Source: an uncultured Poribacteria bacterium (GTDB taxonomy: Bacteria > Poribacteria > WGA-4E > WGA-3G). Taken from it: 64,000 bases of DNA. How positions within the stretch are numbered: position 1 is the first letter of the stretch; every line of letters begins with the position of its first letter. Below the pieces are notes generated by a model. The model saw only the letters and a list, made by a program, of their open reading frames with translations. It did not search any database and was not told where the DNA came from. This document shows, piece after piece, positions 1 through 8,189 of the stretch. The DNA lies in contig OX638351.1 in NCBI GenBank assembly GCA_951813565.1, positions 5,088,001-5,152,000 on the forward strand, read 5' to 3'. The position numbers were made by a program, and so were the translations under genes.

Positions 1-286
1 AATCTTCAATAGCCTTTTCAATAAGGTGATCAAGCCTACCTGCTTCCATATCCTCTTTGATCTGCTGATCCCATGCTTCTTCTTTCGCAATTAGGGTTTT
101 CTCAAGCATATCTGGCAATTTTTCTTGCACAGCTTCGGCAGTTTCCGCAGTGTATTCTATTTCGGGAAGTTCAGCAATAGATCCTTCCCAACAATTCCCA
201 TTTTTTTGGATATATGCGGTATAGGTCTCATCGAACAGTTTATTATAAATATAATAAGTTATCATCCCTTGCCCTGTAATGATCAT
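1..286 (-). CDS. HicB-like antitoxin-domain protein, partial (runs off the window start)
   Basis: Manual translation MIITGQGM...YTAYIQKNGNCWEGSIAELPE...WDQQIKEDMEAGRLDHLIEKAIED; AGGAG RBS 9 nt upstream; N-terminal part resembles the HicB fold. Not in the ORF track. Confidence 0.5.
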   Translation of the reverse strand, partial: MIITGQGMITYYIYNKLFDETYTAYIQKNGNCWEGSIAELPEIEYTAETAEAVQEKLPDMLEKTLIAKEEAWDQQIKEDMEAGRLDHLIEKAIED

Positions 287-309
287 TTTTAACATCTCCT
301 TATTAGATA

Positions 310-677
310 CTATACTTTGGACAATTTTAGCTGTTTTCGTGAGGTTGGGTTAGAGAAAAACATATAGTTTTCATATTGGACACCTGTCGCCCCGCTGGGG
401 CTGAAGCGGGTTGTTTACCGCGTTTCTATACACCTGTCGCCCCGCTGGGGCTGCCCAAAAGGTATTTTTGGACGAGTTCTTTCAGCCAGCAAAATCGCAG
501 AAAATATAAATAATATAAGATGACACCTTAGCCCCAGCGGGGCGACAGGTATATAGAAGAAGGTAATTGCCGCTGTCTAAAGCCCCAGCGGGGCGACAGG
601 TGTCCAATATTTTGCTTTGGACACCTAACAGTTTCTCAGCAAGTCCTCGAACAATATGTAAATTGTCCAAACTATAG
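310..677. mobile_element. 368-bp MITE, family A copy 1
   Basis: 18-bp TIR CTATACTTTGGACAATTT / AAATTGTCCAAACTATAG; 9-bp TSD TATTAGATA; four internal CACCTGTCGCCCCGCTGGGGCT palindromes; inverted copy at 19498-19865. Confidence 0.9.
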
Positions 678-726
678 TATTAGATATTATGATGCGTTTT
701 TTATAGAATCACACTGTTCAATTTTC

Positions 727-801
727 GCACTGTTCCCGTTTCGACTCGGTAAGGTAGAGACCGCCTCAAGCGAGGCAGGTCGAATTCTCTACCAACAGTG
801 C
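727..801 (-). ncRNA. Candidate structured leader RNA or sRNA with pseudoknot
   Basis: Nested stems GCACUGUU/AACAGUGC, GGUAGAGA/UCUCUACC, CUGCCUC/GAGGCGG plus UUCGAC/GUCGAA; TTGCAA-17-TATCCT promoter-like element just upstream. Confidence 0.5.
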
Positions 802-1065
802 TAAGTATAGGATACGGGAAAAAGGCAGGATTTGCAAGTAAAATCTCTTAATGTCGTCTTTGATACGAAAAACGCCATTAAAATATAACAATAAAAATAC
901 TATGCAATAAATAATTTATGTCATAAACTATTTATTGCGTTTAGTTTTAAGAATTCTTAGTTTATGTATATTACTTAGAGTTATAGTGTAGGTAGGTAAG
1001 GTTTACGCGAACCCATAGGCATTAATTTAAGGATTATCTGAGAATGAGATATGCTCTTTAGTCCC

Positions 1066-1099
1066 GCCAAATGCCAAAAGCGCATTTGACGTTGATTTG
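1066..1099 (+). repeat. 34-bp hairpin-TTGATT micro-element inside a GTCCC^GTAGGGAC palindrome (representative copy)
   Basis: Empty palindrome CAGTCCCGTAGGGACGATATG at ~7792; the same site is filled again at 32732-32765. Confidence 0.75.
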
Positions 1100-1529
1100 G
1101 TAGGGACGGAATGTTTATAATAACAACAACTATGACAAACATATCGTTCCTACGGAACTCAAGACGTGTTGTTCATTTTTCTATAAACATATCGTCCCCG
1201 CCGAATACCATACGGGGTATGCCATAAGGCATTCATACCCGGGGAACGCCTACAAGCGCCGAATGCCAACAGCGCATTCGGCGTTGATTCTGTTCATACC
1301 GTTGATTTCTTGATTTGGCAAATGCTGCGTTGATTTGGATTTCTTTGTAGGAGTGACCTCCTAGTCGCGACCACATCAAAATATTGAGAAAAACGTGAAA
1401 ACTGAATGTTCTGCCGCTTATATTAAGCAAGTTGCATAACTCGCAAACTTGTGCTATCATACTTTCACATAAATTAAGATTGTAGGAGCATTGCGGTGTT
1501 CACCGACGTGTGGAAACCGTAGAGAAAAA

Positions 1530-2069
1530 ATGCAATTAGAAACTGCAACATTTGGGGCGGGATGTTTTTGGTGTGTTGAAGCAGTTTTTCAGCAGTTAGA
1601 AGGCGTTCATAAGGTTGTTTCAGGCTATACAGGCGGCACAACTGTAAACCCAAACTATCGCGCTGTCTGTATGGGTATGACGGGACATGCAGAAGTCGCG
1701 CAAATAGAGTTTGACCCTGAAGTGATTTCTTACAAAAAACTGTTGGAAGTTTTCTGGCAGACACACGATCCAACGACATTAAATCGCCAAGGAAATGATA
1801 CAGGCACACAGTATCGTTCTGCCATTTTCTACCATTCCGAGACACAGCAGCGCATCGCCGAAGAATCTAAAGCGGAAATGGATAAATCTGGGATGTGGGA
1901 CAACCCAATTGTCACAGAAATCACGCAGCTTGATGTCTTTTATCCTGCTGAAGACTATCACCAAAACTATTTCCAGTTGAATCCGAGACAACCGTACTGT
2001 CAGTTTGTGATTCATCCGAAGATGAAAAAGTTTACAAAGGATTTCAAGGATAAACTCAAATCCAGCTAA
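1530..2069 (+). CDS. msrA: Peptide-methionine (S)-S-oxide reductase
   Basis: GAGCFWC active site, GHAEV, QGNDxGTQYRS, FYPAEDYHQNY motifs. Confidence 0.97.
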   Translation: MQLETATFGAGCFWCVEAVFQQLEGVHKVVSGYTGGTTVNPNYRAVCMGMTGHAEVAQIEFDPEVISYKKLLEVFWQTHDPTTLNRQGNDTGTQYRSAIFYHSETQQRIAEESKAEMDKSGMWDNPIVTEITQLDVFYPAEDYHQNYFQLNPRQPYCQFVIHPKMKKFTKDFKDKLKSS

Positions 2070-2124
2070 GGTTTTCATAATAAAGACCGTGAGAATGCGT
2101 TCTTTATTATGAAAACCTTTATTT
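2068..2124 (+). terminator. Long hairpin after msrA, likely intrinsic terminator
   Basis: 19-bp perfect inverted repeat AAGGTTTTCATAATAAAGA / TCTTTATTATGAAAACCTT followed by a T-rich tract. Confidence 0.55.
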
Positions 2125-2479
2125 ATACTGAACTTTAGAATTAACAGGACATTTTGAGTTGTCCGAGGGAACTCCGGGGAATGCCAAAAGGCATTCATAC
2201 CGTTGATTTGGATTCCCGACTATCAGTGAGTTTCGTCGCGATTCGGAGATCGCTCTTACAGAAATGTGCCTCTTTAATTTCAAAGTTCACCATAAGAATC
2301 TCAAGCACAAATAATAGCAGCCCCAACGGGGCGGAATGTTTATAGATACATCGTGAAAAAACTCTTTAGCCCCAGCGGGGCGAAATGTGTATCAATAAGC
2401 CAACATTGATGTCAAAAGATGTTCTATTAACCCAGAAGATTAGTCAAAAACCAAAATATTGTCCAAAGTCTTGTATTTT

Positions 2480-2635
2480 TAACCCAAGTTGCTACCTATA
2501 TCGCGAATGCTCTTGTAGGAGGGGTTTCTAACCCCGATTTAGAAAAGAAAGCATAAGAATTAGCTGGAAATCCTTGTTTTTCAGTAAAAAGCAATGTCTG
2601 CAAGCTTGAAATCTTGTCCGTAGCAACTTAGGTTA
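2480..2635. mobile_element. MITE family B copy
   Basis: TIR TAACCCAAGTTGCTAC / GTAGCAACTTAGGTTA; internal GTAGGAGGGGTTTCTAACCCCGA REP; related copies at ~7427-7640 and 40134-40290. Confidence 0.8.
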
Positions 2636-2653
2636 TTTTTAGGAGGTAGAATA

Positions 2654-4264
2654 TTGAAACCTTATTCTATAGTCATACTATGTATCACGCTCTTTATATG
2701 TTATTTTAGTGGAAGTAGTAATGTGATATCCCAAGAGGCAGAACAACCAACAGAGGCAGCGCAACCAACACCTGTCCAAGTTGAAACGCCACGCCGTGTT
2801 ACAATTGTCTCAGAAAAGAGTTACAACGGTTTTTTACAACCGCGTGCAGAAGTGAAGGTGTTTGCTAATATTGCTGGTAAAATCATTGCACTCAATGCGG
2901 AAGTTGGACAGAAGGTAGCAAAAGGGGATATGCTCGCCCAGATCAGTGCGCGTGAGGCAGGCATCGCAGCAATAAAGACTGAAGTAACATTAAGCGTTGC
3001 CAAATCGCAACTCACAACGACAGAAGCAAACGCGCAGGCGCGTGTTGAAACGCAACTTGTGACAGCGAAAGAAGCCGTTGCAGAGGCGGAAGCGAAACTT
3101 GAGGAGACAAAATCACTCGCTGAGATCCGGATTCGTAATAAGTTATTACAAGCGGAATCTGCCCTTAAAGTTGCCGAGTCGAACTTGGAGCGCGCGAAAG
3201 TCAGTTCGGAGCAGGGACTGGAACGGGCAAAAACAGAATTTGCCAAAACGACATCGGACTATGAAAGAAATAAAGAACTTCACGAAAAAGAACTTATCAG
3301 TGACAGCGATTTTGAATCATCAGAAACGCGTTACAAACTGGGTAAAAGCCGATATGAAGAGGCTGTCGCATCAGCAAATCAGTTTAAAGATGGTTCAGCG
3401 CAACTGGCAGTGGAAAAAGCAAAAGCAGAATTAGTTGTAGCCCAGAAAATAGTCGAGAGCAAAGGATGGGAACGTGAAATTGCTGCAGCTGAAGCTAAAG
3501 TTACGCAAGCGAAAGCCAATTTGGTTACTGCTCAAAAACTCGTTGACGCAAAAGCATGGGAACGCGAAATTGCAATCGCGAAATCTGCTGTCAGTGAAGC
3601 AGAAGAACAACTAAAACTGGCGCGGGAACAGGTGAATCAAGCAGCTATTATTTCCCCAATTGACGGTGTGATTGCGCAGCGTCATCAAGAACTTGGGGAT
3701 TACGCCAAAACTGCCGCTTCTTCTGGTACACCAGTGTATACGGTTGTTGCTGTAGATGTTCTCAAAGCCGTTTGGACAGTGCCTGTGAGCGATATAAACC
3801 GAATTAAGAATGGAAATATGGTGCTTATCTCTGCAGCATCCGGTATTCAGAACATTATTGGAACAATTGATTTTATCAGTCCAACTGTAAAACAGGGAGA
3901 GAATACGGTTGTTGTTCACGCAACACTACGTAATTCAGCAGGCATGAACGCTGAAAACAGTTCTCCAACGCCAATTGACAATAGCGCATTAAAACCGGGC
4001 ACATCGGTTACTATCTCTATCAAAACAGGTGAACGGAAAAATGTCTTGTTGCTACCGCGTCGTGCTGTTGTGCAGATTCAGAATGGAAAAGGGAACATTT
4101 TTGTCGTTGAGGGAGATGTGGTGCGTCTTAAACAAGTAAATGTAGGCGGTGTATACGGTAACGAAATAGAAATTAACTCGCGTCTCGCGCTGGCAACGCA
4201 AGTGATTATTGACAATCAGCACCTGCTTAAGGATGGTATGGCAGTTTCAGTTGTGAAGGATTGA
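2654..4264 (+). CDS. Efflux RND transporter periplasmic adaptor (membrane fusion protein)
   Basis: Signal peptide; lipoyl-like halves (GKIIALNAEVGQKVAKGD; IISPIDGVI); long coiled coil; LLPRRAV beta-barrel; AGGAGG RBS. Confidence 0.85.
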   Translation: MKPYSIVILCITLFICYFSGSSNVISQEAEQPTEAAQPTPVQVETPRRVTIVSEKSYNGFLQPRAEVKVFANIAGKIIALNAEVGQKVAKGDMLAQISAREAGIAAIKTEVTLSVAKSQLTTTEANAQARVETQLVTAKEAVAEAEAKLEETKSLAEIRIRNKLLQAESALKVAESNLERAKVSSEQGLERAKTEFAKTTSDYERNKELHEKELISDSDFESSETRYKLGKSRYEEAVASANQFKDGSAQLAVEKAKAELVVAQKIVESKGWEREIAAAEAKVTQAKANLVTAQKLVDAKAWEREIAIAKSAVSEAEEQLKLAREQVNQAAIISPIDGVIAQRHQELGDYAKTAASSGTPVYTVVAVDVLKAVWTVPVSDINRIKNGNMVLISAASGIQNIIGTIDFISPTVKQGENTVVVHATLRNSAGMNAENSSPTPIDNSALKPGTSVTISIKTGERKNVLLLPRRAVVQIQNGKGNIFVVEGDVVRLKQVNVGGVYGNEIEINSRLALATQVIIDNQHLLKDGMAVSVVKD

Positions 4265-4277
4265 GGTATGATTCTGT

Positions 4278-5411
4278 CTATTTCTTACTGAGAACATAAA
4301 CCTGAATGTGTTCCCACTTCCGTTTAGACCGATGCGTTGCAACGCGTCTTTTAAAAAGGTCTTTGCAGACAAAACCTGACTCATCTATTATCGCTTCAAG
4401 GTTAGCGATTGCTTTTGGGCCGGACGCATCCGCATAGCCTAATATTAGCAGTCCATCAGGTTTCAGGAAGTCCGCCACCTGTTCAAAAAACCGTCTCAAT
4501 GTTTGTTGTTTTTCGTCGTGGATTGCTAACTCCGCTCTGTTTCGCACACGCGCAACAACCCACGGTGCGTTGAAAATGATAATGTCAAATTGGACTGATG
4601 GAAACGGATCAAACAGGTCTCCAGGCGGCATAACCTGCACATTGTCTGAATTTGATAACACCTGCTGAATGTTCAATTTCGTTGTTGCTACTGCTTCAGG
4701 GAGAATGTCAGACGCATATATCTTCGCTTTTTCCCCTAATTCCTGCTGTGCAAGTAGTGTCAAACACCCACTTCCACAACCGACATCTGCAACTATGGGA
4801 TTGCTGGGTAAGTTTTCATTGTACACACTTTGTAGTGCTTCTTGAAAGCATTCAATTGTTTCTTGGGAACGCGGGGCAAGGACATTTTCAGACGCAACAA
4901 GGGACGCTTCTAAGGCGTGGATAGCATAAGTCCCTTCAAGTGCGTTCTGAATACGTTGAATAGTAACGACAGGCACAAGAAACGGACAGTCTTCGTTAGC
5001 ATCGGGCGGTTCACCAATCAACTCCAATAAATAAGGTCCAACAGGAACGGGTTCAACCTGTAAATTTCCTTCCTGATTTGCCCAACACATCAGTTTAGAC
5101 AGTGCTGCTTCTCGATCCTGTTTCGGATTGTTACGTTGATGACGTGATTTTCCTCTCTTAGCTCGGTCAGTATTTGGCGCGGATAATTCCTTTTTATGTC
5201 GCTGGATGTAGTCCATTACGGCAATAATTTGTTCCCATCCCCCTTCAACAATTGCAACACCACCGCGCTGAATATGTGTGAAAATACGTCCAAGATTTTT
5301 TAACTCTTGATGCGCAAACAGCCTTACACTTCCACGTGCAAAGACAGCATCGCGACATTCAGTAGGAACGTAGAGTTCCCCGATAGGACTAACGGAATAG
5401 AATTTGTTCAT
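4278..5411 (-). CDS. Class I SAM-dependent methyltransferase (MTS/HemK-like)
   Basis: VADVGCGSG motif I; FNAPW motif IV. Confidence 0.85.
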   Translation of the reverse strand: MNKFYSVSPIGELYVPTECRDAVFARGSVRLFAHQELKNLGRIFTHIQRGGVAIVEGGWEQIIAVMDYIQRHKKELSAPNTDRAKRGKSRHQRNNPKQDREAALSKLMCWANQEGNLQVEPVPVGPYLLELIGEPPDANEDCPFLVPVVTIQRIQNALEGTYAIHALEASLVASENVLAPRSQETIECFQEALQSVYNENLPSNPIVADVGCGSGCLTLLAQQELGEKAKIYASDILPEAVATTKLNIQQVLSNSDNVQVMPPGDLFDPFPSVQFDIIIFNAPWVVARVRNRAELAIHDEKQQTLRRFFEQVADFLKPDGLLILGYADASGPKAIANLEAIIDESGFVCKDLFKRRVATHRSKRKWEHIQVYVLSKK

Positions 5412-5425
5412 TTGGTGCTGTGGTA

Positions 5426-6475
5426 TTAGCGAATTGCCACAATCTCCCCAGTCTTTACCGATTCCGCTTCCTTATAGCAGAGCAGGAGTGCATCTCTCGC
5501 ACCGACACCAGACAACGCTGTGGGTTCTTCCTCCCAATCAATGGCATCAACAGCGTATTGAATCTCAGCAGTGAATGCATCAATTGGGTCCACTTCCCCT
5601 AAATCTACCTGTTCAACGTTGCCATCCTCTGTAATGAGTGTCAATGGCACTGCCGTAGAAGGTTCGCCGGCAAGCGTAGAAAAATCAAACAATAGTGTGG
5701 CTTTTTCAAGAAAGAGCTCAAATCCGTGTGAAAAAGCTCTACCTTTTTGTGAAATTGCGCCTGATGAACAACTCACCGTGAGTTCCTTATCGTTGTAGAT
5801 ATATTGTGTTGTCAAAAAGTCCAAGAAATTACCGCCTGCCAATTTGCCTTGTGAAAACACTGCATCGGGAACACCACACAGCAGTTGAATAAAATGTGTG
5901 TCGTGGATATGTAAATCGATACCAGGACCGCCGCTCTTTTCAATGTCAGCAATGTCCCGCGACCAACTCGGTTTAGAGATAATCCGCTTAAAATGCGCGC
6001 CGAGAAGTTCGCCATATTCTCCACTTTCAACAAGTTTTTTGGCATAAGCATATTCAGCAAAGAAAGGCAGCACGTGTGCAACCATAAATTCCTTGTCTGT
6101 TTGTTCTGCGAGTTCAACGATTTCATTTGCATCGTCAATGTCAATAGAGATCGGTTTTTCAACAAGGGTATGTTTTCCTGCCTGAAGGGATGCAATGCTA
6201 ACGGATTTATGAAGATGTGTGGGTAAACATATATCAACAAGGTCAATCTCTTCATCGGCAAGTAGTGCGTCAATATCGCTATATTTTCGGATGTTAGAGA
6301 GGTCTTCCATACTGCCGCGGGGACCGAAATTACCTTGAATCCCTGTCCAATCACCATCAAGCTTTTTCGGATCACGCGTACAGATGGCGACTACTTCTGC
6401 GCCTGTCCCGCGTTGAATGCCGTAGTAGTGAATCATCCCCATAAATCCGATGCCGACAATTCCGATTTTTATCAT
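5426..6475 (-). CDS. Gfo/Idh/MocA family oxidoreductase
   Basis: GIGFMG Rossmann motif, EKP motif, DLHIHD. Confidence 0.92.
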   Translation of the reverse strand: MIKIGIVGIGFMGMIHYYGIQRGTGAEVVAICTRDPKKLDGDWTGIQGNFGPRGSMEDLSNIRKYSDIDALLADEEIDLVDICLPTHLHKSVSIASLQAGKHTLVEKPISIDIDDANEIVELAEQTDKEFMVAHVLPFFAEYAYAKKLVESGEYGELLGAHFKRIISKPSWSRDIADIEKSGGPGIDLHIHDTHFIQLLCGVPDAVFSQGKLAGGNFLDFLTTQYIYNDKELTVSCSSGAISQKGRAFSHGFELFLEKATLLFDFSTLAGEPSTAVPLTLITEDGNVEQVDLGEVDPIDAFTAEIQYAVDAIDWEEEPTALSGVGARDALLLCYKEAESVKTGEIVAIR

Positions 6476-6563
6476 TTTTCTATCCTTATTTTACAGAAGA
6501 AGGCACAGATGCTTGACTTTTCAAGAACACCTGTGCCGAAAAAAATTTAATGAAAACCACCGA

Positions 6564-7352
6564 TTAATAGGCAATATTTCTTTGCTTAATATTGCCCCAT
6601 GTAGTCGCGGCTTTGTTTTTCGGTGTAACAGCAAGGAGACTACCGCCCATTGCCTCGTTGATTTCGTCTTCGCTGAGTGCGCGACTCCAAATCGCAGCAT
6701 CGTCAATTATACCGTTTTCGAACGTGTACTGAGGCCGGTCTTTGGAGCAACCAATCCGTAAGTCTTGGTCATTAGTGCCAGTAAATTTAATTGCTTGCGC
6801 ATCTTCAAGTGCCAGATCGCCATCAACGTAGACTTTCATAGCGCTACCGTCATAGGTTCCAACGACGTAGTGCCATGTTTTCTCCTTCAGTGAATGTGGT
6901 TGGTCTAATCTGGGACGGGCGTTACCTGTTCCCAAAAACATGTTGATATTCTTACCGTCACCGAAAGCGCCTATACCGTAAGAGGTATGCTCACCTCCGT
7001 TATGGCAATTTTTATCGAACCATTGTGAATCGTTATTCCACGCTTCCTGATATATCCAGGCTGCCATGGTAATTTCACCGCTAATTTTCAATTTTTCGTC
7101 AGCGGGGACATTCACACAATCCGCGCCTTCAGCAGTGATTTTGATCGCATCGCCGTTTTTGCCTTTGACAATTTCAGTGTTTGCTACGATGTTTGCATCA
7201 AGTCCGTTGCCGGAACTGTCAAGAATCGTTTTACCTTCAACATCGTCAAAAGTGAAGTAGACGACGAGATCATCTTCAAGTGCTGCCATGAGTGTGCTAA
7301 CTGTGATTAACATGAGTATGGTTAAGAGAGAAAACATTATTGAACGGACCAT
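6564..7352 (-). CDS. Secreted LamG-like jellyroll protein
   Basis: Signal peptide; VYFTFD, WHYVVGTYDG, GIIDDAAIWSRALS; C-terminal AVTPKNKAATTWGNIK. Confidence 0.88.
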   Translation of the reverse strand: MVRSIMFSLLTILMLITVSTLMAALEDDLVVYFTFDDVEGKTILDSSGNGLDANIVANTEIVKGKNGDAIKITAEGADCVNVPADEKLKISGEITMAAWIYQEAWNNDSQWFDKNCHNGGEHTSYGIGAFGDGKNINMFLGTGNARPRLDQPHSLKEKTWHYVVGTYDGSAMKVYVDGDLALEDAQAIKFTGTNDQDLRIGCSKDRPQYTFENGIIDDAAIWSRALSEDEINEAMGGSLLAVTPKNKAATTWGNIKQRNIAY

Positions 7353-7426
7353 CAGAGTATTCCTCCTATGTAAGGTTACAATGGAACTTTATACTTTCCC
7401 ACTGCTGCAGCGGGAAGATACTCGTA

Positions 7427-7640
7427 AAACTCAAGTTGCTACCTATTTACAAACGCTCTTGTCCGAGGGATTTGTAATCCCGCCAAATCATGCGGAATGC
7501 CAAAAGTGCATTCCACCAAGCGCATTTGACGTTGATTTGGATTTATAACAGATGACACCAGAATCAACGAAAAACCCTCGTTTTTTCAGTAAAAAACAGT
7601 ATTTTGCCACTCGGAATCTTGTCTGTAGCAACTTGAGTTA
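7427..7640. mobile_element. MITE family B copy with nested micro-element
   Basis: TIR AACTCAAGTTGCTAC / GTAGCAACTTGAGTT; internal REP interrupted by a hairpin-TTGATTTG unit. Confidence 0.7.
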
Positions 7641-7684
7641 GTATATCAAAAGAGTATCTAAATTGCAACTCTTTTATGTGATTA

Positions 7685-7960
7685 GTGTGTGTAAAGTTTT
7701 TGGCAAAATAAACCCACTGTTATTGTGGGTATGTGTTTCTGTTCCCACTTAGGTGTTGTCTTATGCACTTTATTATTTGAAATATGCCATTCAGTCCCGT
7801 AGGGACGATATGTTTATAGAAAACGTTAACACCACCTTAATTGAGTTCCGTAGGAACGATATGTGCATAATTAACTCGGACGATAAAATACAACATATCG
7901 TCCCTACGGGACTAAAGAGAACAAAAGTTTGTGCCTCTGTGCCAAAAACTTTACACACCC
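7685..7960. mobile_element. 276-bp MITE family C
   Basis: TIR GTGTGTAAAGTTTTTGGCA / TGCCAAAAACTTTACACAC; 8-bp TSD TGTGATTA; internal GTCCCGTAGGGAC palindromes. Confidence 0.8.
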
Positions 7961-8189
7961 TGTGATTATATCAGAAGTATGTTCTGTTATAGTCAATTAT
8001 AAAATTAACGAGTTGTGCTAAATAACTTTTTGTAACATATTATTTCACATAAGCAGAACGTTTGTCCGTGTTTGCTACTGGTTGATATGCTCTTCAGTCC
8101 CGCCAAATGCCACAGGCGCATTTGGCGTTGATTCAGGCATTCATAGCGTTGATTTATGGAGTTTCGCTCCGCTCTACCCAACCTAGGGA

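Noticed and set aside
482..670. 62-aa ORF present twice (also 19505-19693)
   Set aside because: Lies wholly within the 368-bp MITE; its repeated TCRPAGA is translated palindrome.
727..801. tRNA or hammerhead ribozyme
   Set aside because: No cloverleaf or T-loop/CCA arrangement, and no CUGANGA core despite a CGAAAC.
1491..1529. Extended msrA N-terminus or Sec-containing MsrA
   Set aside because: Homology begins at the ATG at 1530, and the active site is GCFWC with Cys codons.
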